From positions 1,798,001-1,862,000 of the forward strand of contig NW_027117338.1 of NCBI RefSeq assembly GCF_038025025.1: a stretch of DNA of 64,000 nucleotides. Direction: 5' to 3'. Source of the DNA: Phyllosticta citribraziliensis (lineage: Eukaryota). Below, one piece after another: positions 13,383 to 26,100 of the stretch; the stretch's first letter is position 1, and the number at the start of each line of letters is the position of its first letter. The notes under the pieces are model-generated. The model was not told where the DNA came from, made no database searches, and was given only the letters and a program-made list of their open reading frames with translations. Made by a program: the position numbers and the translations under genes.

Positions 13383-15624
13383 TCACCATCCACCCTCTTC
13401 TTCTGTTTTCCAGGCCCGGGACCTTTTGCGGTCAACGATATCCTGCCTTCTGCTCTTTTGAGGATCTGCCTTCCAATCCTCACGTTGGTACGGTCGCGGT
13501 TCCCCCCTGAACGCTGGCTTCTCCGCCCTTACGACTCCTTGCTTGAGCCGCTGCTTCCCTATTCTTCCTTGTTCCCTTTCCCTTGTCCGCCCCTTGACTA
13601 GCTCAGGGTCCATCCCTCTCCTGACCATTTGCTTGTCAAAGGCTCTGGTGATAAACGCTGAAATTTCTGCCTTCCTGCTCGACAACTCCGAGAGCTTGTC
13701 CCGAGGGGCTTCGACTCTGTTGATGAGCCTGTCGTAGCAAGCAACCATGCGCCTCAATACGTCGAATGCAGTCTGCCTTTTTGGTTCGTCCATGCTGGAT
13801 CCGTTGTACTTGCCGTAGGTCAACATATCTCGTATATAGCGATATGTGGGCTCAACTCGCTCGAGTCCCTTGAGCACATCGATGCCTTCCTCTGCATCAA
13901 AGACTCGCGACATGTAGCTGCCAACAGTGGTGATGTCAGTACCAGGCAACATCCGTTCCATCAACTGCAAAAGCTCTGTGGCATAATCAAGGCTGTTCTG
14001 GTTTTTTGCGTCGCGTGTGCACGCGCTCATAGCGATGCGGAAGATGGCGGGCGTGATTCTCAAATTGCCGTGGACAAAGTGTGTCTTGACGAGTTGAAGA
14101 GCGTCTGCCGACGACCTGAAAACCCTCAGAACCCGCAAGTAACCGCGAATCGATGGCTCGTCTGGCTCAATTCCATGGGTTTCTGGAGTGGTCAGAACGC
14201 TCCAATAGTTGTCGGCCGCCTGCTTGGACATGGTCTTCAGGCTGGCTTCCATGAGCAGTGTGAGGGTGATGTTGCTGGGCTTGACGTAGTGTTCTCCTTG
14301 TCTCCCTCCAACAGCCCTAGGCGGGCTCACAGAATCAAACTCGTGGCCCGGGGCGATGTTGTGGTTGGTCGTGCCATTCAGAGGCACGTTGAAAGCACCA
14401 ATCGCCCTCGTCTGTGCAGGATCTGGCTCGGAAGAAATACGAGGCGTCATGCGGGGAATTCCCATTGTCTGCTCGACAAGCGAGAACAGCTCGTCGTGAT
14501 ATCGAGGCCGAGATCCACTCAGAAGAATTCTGGCCATGGCCAAGACCAAAGCCTCGTCCATTTGCAATTGATGTGCTCGCCACTTGGACACAATGTCCGC
14601 CCAAATCTTTCGAGAATCAAGAATTGCCTGATCCCGCCTCCTCTGGCCATCTTCTGTGCTCTCGTCGATCATTGTGCGTTCCGATTCGTCCTTCAATGCG
14701 TTCAGGATGATCGAGTACGTAGCACCGTCTGCCGCGCCAGGTCCGGTGTCAGGAATCTGACTTGCAACGGCCCAGAGCTGGTCAAAGGCTTTGGCCTTGG
14801 CGCAGACCTTGAGGAAGAGGTTGGTGTGGAGGATGGTTGGTCTTTTGGGCGAGTTCGGAGCAGACATGGCATAGTAGACGGCCATGGCGTTGGTCAGGGC
14901 TTGGGACTTATCCATGTTGTTGGAGATGCCGATGAGGACGAGGGAATAGGTAAAGTAGTCTGGTCTTTGTCCACGTTTCTTCATCTGAAAGTAGGCGTAA
15001 CGTTAGCCAATGGAGTCGCCAAACGCTGTGGTGGTGGTCGCAAACCTCGTTAAAGACTTTGAGGGCGAGCTTGTCAAAGCTCTTTCTCATGAAATGGTTG
15101 ATGATGTGATTCCACGCTACCACACATTCCATCTTCGAACTCATCTCACGCACACTCATTAGGGCCTTTTCCTCTTCTCCGCGTTTCAATTGCTTCAAAA
15201 CATGATCTGCTACTTTTTTGGGGTCTTCGCTCAACCACGACAATTCTTTTTTCACATTTCTCCGCACAGTTTCGCTGACTGGTCCATTGTAGTTGAACTC
15301 TTTTTCGGCTCCTTCCAATTTGATCCTCATTGGTTTTCTCTTGACTTTGTCCGGATCTGCATCGTCGTCTAGCGCCTCCTCGTCGATGTCGTTGGCTACC
15401 TCGTCCTTTGCATAGGCGTGCCAATTCTCCTCATAATGCTTTGGGGGAACATAGTTGTAGGTGCTCGGTTCCTGAGCATAGCCGCGGCGGCTGGACGTGG
15501 AGAGGACTAGTCGGGGAAGACGGCGGTTGCGGACAAGAGCGGTCGGTTGCGCGAGAAGAGGTCGATGTGCTATAGCGCGGAGACAGGGCCAGAGGCAAGA
15601 ATGGCAGCCCAACAAGCTACGCAT
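13383..15624 (-). CDS. Mitochondrial pentatricopeptide-repeat (PPR) protein, about 726 aa. Exons 15624-15046 and 14984-13383
   Basis: Arg/Leu-rich presequence. PPR-like repeats CVVAWNHIINHFM..ALKVFNEMKKRGQRPDYFTYSLVL, ILHTNLFLKVCAK and ADGATYSIILNAL. The 61-nt intron GTTTGC..GCTAAC..CAG is in phase 0. Confidence 0.85.
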
Positions 15625-18556
15625 CGAGAGCGATGGCGACGTGGGGTTGGGGAATAGCACCGGGAATGTTTTTCGTGGGAGGTGACTTTTCGCGGCGGCG
15701 CCAAACGGAAACGCGACGGCGCGGAGCGGAGGGTGCGGTCACGTGACGACGCATTAATGCCTGAGGCTGGCCAAGGAAATATATCTTCGGCGGCGGGCAG
15801 TCAACTCAAGAGACAAGAGAACCAACAAGCGAAGCGACCTAAGGCTAAGCATGCATCCATGGCGGCAAACAGTGGGCCTGGGGTGCGGACAGAGAGACCA
15901 TTCCTCGAACAGTTTAAGGCCAGATCGGATCTGGACGCTTGCTCGAGGCTTGGAGATCTGCGGCTAGCTGGTTGCTGTCTGGCTCGAAAATAAAATGGAA
16001 AAAAACAAACTGAATCGCATGCGTCAAATGTAGTGCAACACCTCACCGACGTCAATGACCGACCGGGTTCCTAGCCTAGCCTAGCCTTCGGGTGCAAGCA
16101 TCATGGTGTCGGTCAACCTTTGCTAGCGCCCTGTGGCTTCCAAACGCTGTTTTGACGACAGACCAACTCCCACGACCTCGACCTCGTCCGCTCCACTCCA
16201 CTCCACTCCAGCGTGACATGCGCTGCCTTCAGTTTGCTGTGTCATGGACGTGCCGAGTTGACAGTTCATTCTCGCCGTGCAGTTCTGCCGCTTGTGTAAT
16301 ATGACAAAGGACAGCCAACCACTGCAAAACACCTCGACACGACAAGACGACGTACAGCTCCACGCATCATGTCACAACGCCCCATAGCGCCGCTTCTGCT
16401 ATTCAAAGGCAGGGTTCCGGTCCAACTCCACGCCGTGTCACCTCCGTCGGCCGGACAGGTGGAAGCTTTTCGTCCACTCACGCATCCCGGCGCCATGTCC
16501 AAATGTCATCCACCTCCTCAGCTGTACGCACATGCTTTCCCGGGCTTCGACGACATCACGGCATCCTCTGTCACGAGCCCAGCCGCCGGCGTCTCCACGT
16601 GCTGCATGCCAGGGCCACGGTCCGTCAGCAAAATCATTTCCAACGTGAATAAATGGCCAGGTCAACCGACGCCCGAGAGCCCTGTCCATCGCAACACGAC
16701 ATTCAACGTAGTATCAGATGCTGTGTACCGTTTGATGACGAACCGCCAATCGCAACACCAAGCACGCACTCCCCATCTGGATACGGACGCCAACGCACCG
16801 TACCGCACCTATGTAGGTACATGCACGATGGACGGGAGCCACGCAGCCGGACGTCCATCTGCCACGGCCAGGCCGCCGCCTTGATCGGACGGTCCATGTT
16901 TCCAACCAACCATTGGCAACATCTTTACTCCCTCAGGGCACCGAGCGGGTACGGCTCACAAGTCTTGTGGGTGCAGTACGGCGGGGGAAAGGAAAACGCC
17001 ACCAGCCCGGCGGGCCATGACTCGGGATCGACCTCTGGACCTCTCAGTCGAGTCTCAGCTGGGCTGCACACGCTGTGCCGTTATCCGCGTGCGCACTCAG
17101 GCCGATGGATTGACGGACGGGAACATGTCCATTCCTCGTCTGCTGGTCCGCTCTGATCCATGCGTTTCGGCGGGGAAAAAAATCTTCTACTCGCCATCCC
17201 CTGCTCATCACACGCTTTTGAAAGCAACAATCTGCTTGACTGACGGTCGATAGGATTTCTGCCCAACCAAGGTGGCGGCGGAGAAGCTTTCGCGAGACAG
17301 CGAGAGCGAAAGAGAGGGAAAAGATGGCCAACAAGTCACCACCGTACCACTCACCCCACCACACTCCACCCCACCCCGGCCGCCCAAGCGAGAGCGGGCA
17401 GGACAGGGCAGGGCAGTGTAAGCGAGCACGTCCAGCAGATACCAAGGGCAGGCAAAAACGAGGGCGAAAAAAAAAAAGGAAGTCCACAGGGCTTGCACGT
17501 CCACGCCCACCCACCACACGCACGCAACACCGCACGTCCCTCTGGTCTCTGCTCTCCTCGTGTGGGACCCGGGACTGGTGGGCTGGCTGCTGAGGTGCAT
17601 TTTTGCCTTGCCCTCCGGCCCTGTGCCTTTCAACAACCACAGACCATCCCACCCAGGGTAGCACTGCCCTCGGCCTGGCTGGCACGTCCGTCCGCGAGCA
17701 CGCACGTCGCACGCGCGCACGCACGCACGCACGCACACCGATGAGCAGGTAGCTAGTGGCGGAAACCAACAAAGATCACGTCTGGCGGGCGGGTCGTTGG
17801 GAAATCCACCCACCCACCAGCCAGCCGGCCGGCCGCCCAGCCTAACCGCACAAGGTGGCCGTCGTTACTGCGTTTATGATATCAATCAATGTTACTCTAC
17901 AAGAGCCTGTAGGCAGCAAAAAAGCCATTTGGGCTGGCGCCCGCCTTCGCTGTCAAACATACACACAGTAACGATGACTGACAAAAATGACAACAACGTA
18001 CCGCGTCTCGCTCCCGGATCGAGCTGCTCCCTGCCCTGCCACTGCTGCACAGGCAGCAAGCAGAGCAGGGTGAGGGTCGACATGCAGCCCTGTCTGCCTG
18101 TCCGTCTGGTGGACTCTCATCATCCCAGTGATCGAGTAAATTAATATTGATCGACAAACACCGCGGAGCTGAAAGGCAAGAAACACGACCGTCGACCACC
18201 AACCGAGAGGTGGAAAAACAAAATGTGATACATCACTCTTTTTTTTGTTTGGTTCTTCCTCTTCCTCTTGTGAATTGCGATCCTGCCTCTCGTCTTTTGC
18301 TCTTCGATTATTACTGCCTCGATTGATGTTTCTTTGGCTCGCACGCGGTCGCGCAATCTCTTTGGCTAGGCTGGCTGCTTGTGCGGCGAGGAAATTGGAA
18401 TTGATAGGAAACTTGTTGGGTGGATGGGACGAAGTATATGCGACGATGGTTATGGTTGTAGTCCTTGTCCAGTAGTACATCTTAGCTACATACATAGCCA
18501 TTTGAGACCCTCGTTCATGCACCACTCGTCGGCTCGAAGGAAGAGGTAGAAAAGAG

Positions 18557-18558
<2 letters not shown>

Positions 18559-18600
<42 letters not shown>
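18559..18600. repeat. (AG)21 microsatellite
   Basis: Perfect AG dinucleotide run read directly from the sequence. Confidence 0.95.
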
Positions 18601-18606
<6 letters not shown>

Positions 18607-20506
18607 TTCTGATCATGTAGACGTTTGACGAATGGCGAGACAGACGCACTAGTCTTTCCACTGCAACGGGCACGTAGTAGTGGTCCACGCCAGGTACTAG
18701 ACTAGGTAGGTATGTCCGCCTGCTTGATGCCTGCTTGCCTGCTACATGCCCGCCCGCGCTTACCATCGTCTACCGTTTAGCCTGGGCTCGCCCTGTTAGC
18801 CGCCGTAGTTTGACTGACATAGGTGAGTGCTAAGGTCGTCTGCAAGCGTTGGCGGCCATCTGTCGTCCGTCTATCTTCTCTGCTAGCGCTCGGCACGTTG
18901 CGAGCGAGGAGGAGGCAGGGTTGACCGGAACCAGAGGCGCTGACAGCTGAGATACGAGAGGCAGAAAGAGAGAAAAGGAGAGGAGAAAGATGTTGTATGT
19001 GTTTGAAAGGGCAGACCAAGATTGCATTTTTGCATGTGTATATTGTGTACTCGTACAGAAGTTTTGAGTTGCGAAAAGAATCTTCTCTCCGCCGTGGAAG
19101 TTGTTCAGTTCTTCATCCCACTTCGTCGTCCGTCATCCGTCATCCGTCAAGAGTCGTCATCCCTCTTTGACCAACCCACCTACCGAATGCGGCGATGGGA
19201 GAGGCAGTAGTCGTATGGCACGAGGAGAAGCGGAGGGAGACCGGGAGGGACAAGGGCTCTGTTTGGATGCAAGATGTAGTTCTCACAAACATCTCCAACC
19301 ATCAATCCACCTGTCCGTCCAGCTGCCACCGAATTTCCTTTCCCTCTCTTCCTAGAAACCTTCGTCCCATGCCATCGTCCCCATCGAAAACCGTGGTGAC
19401 GCAAAATCATGCATTGCCCTTTCAACCATGCGCTCGATACCACTTTGCTCTTTCATCCCTTCCATCAATCACCCTTCGAGGCCGGGAACGCCTCCCTCCC
19501 TCCCACAACCAGCCGTAAAGCTAGGCCTTTGGCGTCCCCAAGCCACCGCCACCACCAAGCCCCAGATGGACCCTTCGGGCCTCGCCCCTTTAAACCCTTT
19601 CGCAACCCCTTTCCATTACACACAAAAATCTCCAGCCACCAGGATCCCCGCCGCCTTCGGACCCCGTCCACTGCCGTTTCATTCGCTCTCACACACAACC
19701 TTGTAGTAGAAACAGGGGAAGAGAAAAAGTGCACGATCAAACAACACAGGCAGCATGAATTGAACCAAAGCAAGAATGAAAGAGGGAAAACCAGAAAAGG
19801 GGTCGGAAAAAAAGCCAGAATTGTTTCATAGACGCCGGGACTGTATGCACGTCTCTAGAAAGAAGCTCCTGAGTCGACGGATGGAATTTTTGTGGTGTGG
19901 ATTTGGAGAGGAGAGAGAATACTTCTTGTTGTTGTAGCAGCCGGCTGGAGACTTTTCCAGGTGGTGGACATGTTGATTTTCCCTGCCACACAAGCTTTTG
20001 CTCCCTCCACACACCACAGGACTCTGTTCAAAGAGGACGCACCAGTAGTTTGGAGTGCTTCCAAGTGAGAGGATTTTGATGAGCGAGAGACGAAGAGTGC
20101 AGAGGCCGTCCTGTCCAAGAACTCCTAAAAGAGTTTTTCGCTTTTTTGCTTTTCCGGGCCCAATGGAGGAGACAAAACCGTAGAGGTTGTGATGCCGGTT
20201 GGTTGAAACCTGAGCGCCAGGCGTTCTCGAGAAGCTGCTGAATGCCGCCGTAGTCGTATTTCCGAAACCGGTAGGGGACAGGCCGGGCATCGTCGACCAG
20301 AGAGCTGGGGCGCGACCGACCGTCAAGTCGTCATTATCGTAGATTCGCTGTACCCCCGAAATTCGTGTGACCGCAACACCCCGAAAGAAATGGAGCCACC
20401 GCCGCGCGAAAATGCATAACACAAACCGAACGCAAATGCAATCATGCTGCGCAGACAAAACAGGAACGGCAAACGGCTGACTAATGGTAAGAACTCGAGA
20501 ATGACT

Positions 20507-22183
20507 CTATTGCTGGAATGTGGCCGATCCGTTGTCGGTTGCTGGAGAGTGGTCAGCATGTGTGCTGGCATGGCGGGGGAGGGGTCGGTTTACATTGTTG
20601 GTACATCTGCTGACCTTGAGCGTAGGGCGACTGAGGGTAGCTGCTGCTCGCATTAGACGCACCGCCATACAGCTGTGGGTTTGCGGCAGCATACTGGGCC
20701 ATGTCTCCAATTGCACTTGGGCTCTGAGTGCCGTACTGTGTCGTCGTCTGGCCCGTAGCACCAGCGGGTGCATAGCCAATGGGCGGCAGTTGAGGACCAC
20801 CCATCTGCGCCGACTGACCCATCTGGCGGTCGCCGTAGATGGGGCCTTCAGCATTGCTGTTCTCCTGGCTGCGAGCCTCCTGCTGACGCCGTCGCTCCTC
20901 GTCGGCCTTGCGCTGAGCCTCCTCCTCCTTCTTCTTGGCCTTCCACTCCTTCCGAATCTCTTTGAACTCTGCGTCGTGATGATAGTCAGCTACCATTACA
21001 CAAGGATTTAGTGTAGGCATGGCGGCGCGTTTGGTGTCGAGACTAGACAGGGCATGGGTGGGCTTGTGCTAGCTTCCGAACATCACCAAAGCGATTCGAG
21101 TCCGACCGAGCGGGAACCACCAAAATAGCCCGCGACACCAAAACACGCCTCGAGCAAGTACCCTGACCCGCGATGGCGCGTTGCGCTTGGAACGCGCCGT
21201 TGCGGCTAAACACAAATTTCTTCAGACGTACCTTCCGGTGTGCGTTTTTGACCGTGCGATTGCATCGTGACGTGCGCATTGAGGTGGTTCAGCGTGCCGT
21301 AGGCCTTTTCGCACCCATTCCAACCACACTTGTACATGCGTTCAATTTCTTCGTAGCGCCTGCGTGGTCGCTTGTGCTGCTGAGCGCCGGGGATGGGGAC
21401 GAACGAGTAAACGGTCGAGAGAGGATGGCCGCCCTGCTTGGACGTCAGAATGGAGCAAGACGAGGTTCGCGGCAAAGCGCTTACCCCGGGAGGACGCTGG
21501 ACGGGCGAGACCATTGAGGGCGCAGGCGCGCCGGTTGAGACGGGCCCGTGGCCGTACATGTGAGGAGGGTATTGCGCCCATTCGGGGCGCGTGGTGTAGA
21601 CGGGCGTGGCCGGGTGACCATACGGTTGCATATGGGGCTCCGGAGGATAAGGTGAGTATTGATTGTGAGGCGGGTAGGTTGGAGAGGTGGCGGCGGCAAT
21701 GGAGGGATCTATAGGGACATCGGGGTCAGACTTGTTGCTTTGCGCGAGGTCATTGTTGGTGGCAGCATTGCCATCGGACAGAGGCAAAGACGGACTTGTT
21801 GCTTGGGCCATGTTTGCAGCTGCTGGAGGCTGGCCCGGCGGGTACTGTCCTCGTTGAACGTATTCGGGGAAGGAGCCCGAGCGGGCGGAGGAGGGGTTGA
21901 TGCCGTATTCAGAGGTAGGAGTGGCAGACGAGGAGAAGGTGGACGAGCGAGGGTCTGATCCTTGGTACTGCGCAGCAGAGGGTTGATCTGGGTTGGCGAG
22001 ATGTTCAGAGTTGTTGTCGGCGACGAGGTAGGGATCGGTGGTGATACCTGACTGCGGGTAGTCGTTTTGTCTACCGTCCATAGACTGCGCGTGTCCGACG
22101 TTCAATTGTTGGGCGAGCTTTTGACTCGGCGACAAAGGGCTTTCGGATGATGTAGGATGGGGAGTGGGATAGCTTGCGGACAT
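20507..22183 (-). CDS. CON7: C2H2 zinc-finger transcription factor Con7, about 436 aa. Exons 22183-21485, 21433-21232, 20968-20594 and 20541-20507 (start codon uncertain; alternative 5' ends possible)
   Basis: Characteristic YSFVPIPGAQQHKRPRRRYEEIERMYKCGWNGCEKAYGTLNHLNAHVTMQSHGQKRTPE|EFKEIRKEWKAKKKEEE. Three canonical introns. Confidence 0.92.
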
Positions 22184-23082
22184 GTCACGCTTAATTTGCA
22201 AGCGTCGGCGGATGATTCGCCGCTGGGCAACGAACGAACGAGCGAGCGAGCGAGCGAGCGAGCGGACGAGAAGAGGGTGGACGAGACTGGACAAGCAGGC
22301 AGGCGGCGCTCGAGTGGATGGACGGTCGACGACGATTGATTTAGGCCGTGCGGGACCGAGGCTGGGATCCAACAGCTGACGGTGGGAGGCGGTAGTTGAG
22401 ATAGCGTGCAACTTAGACGCGGGTGATGCGCAGGCCGGTCTCTTTGAGTGCAGGCTACTCGGCTAGGGTGTCCGAGCGCCCGCTGGCCGAGTGCGAGGTG
22501 GAGGAAGAGCGGACGGAGCGCAGGCGGAGATGTGGAGGGGGTTTTGGTGGTAGGCGTCGCCGGTGGATGGGTGGTTGCTGGTCGGCGGTAAGGTAGCGCG
22601 CCAGAGAGTCGAGGTCGGGAGGGTGCGATGATGGGGACTCGTTGACGGATGGTGGTATGGTAGTAGGGTAGGGTAGGGTAGGGTAGGGTAGGCGGGCTGG
22701 TCTGGTAGGGGTTTGGTGGCGGACGTGGACGTGGGCTTGGGACTTGTCGTGGCCCTGTGAAGATTGCAGCACCAGCAGCGGATTTGGCCTTAGCTCAGGG
22801 AGTGAGGTAATGGCGCCGAGCGGACGACGTCTCGAAGCTAGGCGTTAGTGCTGTGGTGCTGCCGGTGCGGTGGTGTTGGGGGGAGACTGGGCAGTAAAAA
22901 GTGGAAAGGCGCGACGACCTCGGTACCCAGCTAGCCCGCCGCCATGAAACCACGGCGAAAGCCCAGGGCCAGACTGCCCAGTAGGAGGCCCCGGACCGCT
23001 CCTGGCTTAGTCGGCCCTTATGACTTAAACTTTGCTGGGTTCCAATCTGGGCGTTCCCGGCAAACGACCTGGCTGCTGTGTG

Positions 23083-23130
<48 letters not shown>
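23083..23130. repeat. (TGCG)12 tetranucleotide microsatellite within a cluster of simple repeats
   Basis: Direct reading. Flanked by imperfect (GTGTG/GGT)n tracts; there is also a (GTAGG)n run near 22662-22692. Confidence 0.92.
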
Positions 23131-26100
23131 GAAGCCTGTGCTGTGCTGTGCTGCGAAAGAGTGGTGTGCGGTGGGTGGTGTGTGGTGGGTGGTGTGTGGT
23201 GTGCGGTGCTGTGTTTGTGTGTGTGTGCAGTGCGGTGCTGGGCTGCAACAGGCACAGAGAGGGACCAGAGGGACCAGAGGGACTGGCTATGGCTATGGCT
23301 GTGGGTAGTCACCCTGTGCGGGCAGACAGACTCTTTTCTTTTTTTCTTTCTTCTTTTTCTTTCTGCCTCACTATATTTTTTATACACCATCCTTCACCGT
23401 CGCGTCTGGTGTTGACGACGGCCTGCCATCAACAGTCGACGGCGGCCGTTGCAACACACTCTCCACTCTCCACTCTCCACTCTCCAAAGTGAGGTGCCGT
23501 GAATCCTCTCTCTTGCACGTGTTGGACTTGGACGCACGCGGCCACCCAACCTCAGCCCTCAGATCATCACCATTGCAGCGGCTGTCGAATCAAGCTCCAG
23601 CTCCAGCTCCCCTCCCCTCCCCCCGTCCTGCAAACTCTCGCCGGCCTGGGTGCCAAGCCGCCCGCGGCCTAGCTCGAGGCTTGTCTGCGAATGAGGCTGA
23701 CAGCTACCGATTCTCCTCCTCCCTCCTCCTCCAATGGTCCCTCGCCCACTGCCTGTGCTCTGCTCTGCGCTGCTCTGCTCTGCTCGGCTCCGCTCCGTAG
23801 CATACAGTACAACCCTGGAACACACTGTACAATTTCCGTCGACGTTACATGGGCTCGACATGACTTGGACGGCTGGTCCTCATCAAGTCACGTCGGCCGG
23901 AGCAACCTCCTCGCCCACAGCCACTGGGCTGATGGCGTCCTTTGTCGTGCGCCTCACGTCCCGGGGACAGCTCCGCCGTCTCCCACTCCACCTCCGGTCC
24001 CAGGAATGCGCCCTCTGATTGCGATCTGCCGCAAATGCAAATGCAAATGCCCCCCTCCTCTGTTTGCTCGCAGCCACCCACCGCCCACGTTCCTTTGCGA
24101 CTGCAACCTCTCCATCATGATTCTGCCTCGACCTCGAGTCATTGCTGCAGCCAACATCCCTTGGCCCGTTTGCATGATCCCGTCAGTTTCGCTCTGCGGG
24201 CCCGGCCGCTTGCAATGCACCCTGTCCATGACTTTACCTTGCCGGCTGCTTGTCTTGCTTGACCTGGCCGCACCAGTGCGCTCCGTACCAAACGTCGGCA
24301 CATCCAAGAGGGGAGCCGGAAGCAGACCGCCCAACGACGTCACTGGTCGCGTCCGCTTCCCGATGAGGTGGCGTTTGACGAACCTCGACTGGGGCGCGGC
24401 CATGGCCAAATTTGGAAGCTGGCCACATGTGCGCTCTTTAATTCCTGATCGCATTGGTCGTTGGCGAAATGGGAGGGCTGGAGAGCGGAATTGCGAGTGC
24501 CACGGCCTCTTGAATCCAAATCATTGCTGCCAGATGCTTGTGCGTGGAAAGTGAGAACCAAATCTCGCTCGCAACCTCTTCGTCACCTCTCAGCTCCCTG
24601 TCGCAAATCCGATCCTTGTGGCGGCCCCCCGCGAAGGCATTTTGCTCACCCTGTGGCTGACAGGGCAAAATCGAAGAGCCCATGGGCCAGGCCTCGCTCT
24701 CCCCTGACTCGGCGAGGCGTTCTTGGTGACGGGAATCAATTCATGGCCGCAGCAGCCAAAGATGAGGGCGTCAGCTTAGCCCAGCTCAGCTTGCCTTGAT
24801 TGGTCGGCAAGACGCGCGCGTTGTAGCCATGTTTGGTCCTCATTCCCTCCGCGGAGCCATTCTTGGTCGAGCAAGCGACCCATGGTTAGACCCGGCTCTC
24901 GAACTCGAGTGTTCACCGTGTGGGGCTGGCTATGTGCTCTGGCGAGGCTCAAGGATCTTGTCGACAGGGCTTGCTTGAGGAGGGCAGAGGCCAAGAGGCT
25001 GACACAGGTACCGCACGAACGCACGCACGCACGCACTCTTCACGTCCAGGTCGTCGTTGTCGTCGTCGTCTTCTGCTCTCGTCCCGCCTCTCGCCTCATC
25101 CTTGGCTTCGGGCTTACGGATACGGCTCTTTGATTCGGTCTTCGAAACAGAACATGTCTGGCCTTTTTTGCGCAGGCAGAGAAGGGGGAGCGATAAACAA
25201 CGCAGAAACGCCATGTACGCCAAGTCGGTCGAGGTTTGCGCAATGATCGTCACATCACGTCTGTGCTGGAGAGTCGATGCCGTGTCTTTGACGTGAGGGC
25301 TTGATATCGAATTAAAGCTCATGACTAAGGCTCGCCGTGTGGTGCGGTCGCGGATCCCTCCTGGTCGTCGGTCAGTTTAGCCCGCCCGTGGCTGCTCGCT
25401 TCTCTGCAACTTCCCAGCACCCTCGCACCCTATCTTGACGACGCTCCAAACTGCCCACGACTCCTGCTCGTCTTCCATCTCTCTACTCCTACGGGCCTTG
25501 TTTTGATCGCCAAGCCTTCCCCCAGGGTCTCCCGTCTCCCACACGACCGACCTTTGCCACTCGACCTGCCCAGCGTCGTCACCGCTCGTCGGACCCCAAC
25601 AGGGACCTTCCCGTCAGCGGCACGTCTTCGACAATGGCCACTCAGCTGCCCAGACAACTGGCCGGCCAATGGCATGCACCTTGGCTAGTGAGGCTTCACG
25701 TGGGCAGTTCTTGCAGCACACTCTACAGCAATGAGACCTGTCGTCTGCCTGCAATTGATGGTTGATGCCTGAACACCTGGGACAGGAGGGTAGCAACAGG
25801 CGGGGGCTCGCAGCTCCTATGACGCAGCGACGGCATTGCCAGCTGCGTGCACATGCGAGGAGAACGAAAGAGAAAAAAACAAAAATTAAAGAATCGCATC
25901 CTTACTCAACAGCGCAAAGTTGGATCCTGATGCTGAGTGGCTGAGCAGAGGGCAGCCAAACAGCGTGTGCAACCCAAGGCCGCCGTCTCCCAGGATGCTC
26001 TCTTCAGGCCATCCGAAAGGAGCCTCCCGGCGGTCTCGTTGCCGGTCTCCGTTCGCTGTCGACATCGACGCAGGCGCATGCACGCTGCAACCCGTCTGCA

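Noticed and set aside
12783..13601. 272-aa plus-strand ORF
   Set aside because: It starts at a non-ATG codon, spans the SFH5 promoter, is antisense to the PPR 3' end and has no recognisable motif.
16369..18606. Numerous 100-240 aa ORFs on both strands
   Set aside because: Their composition reflects simple repeats and high GC; there are no domains and no consistent splice structure.
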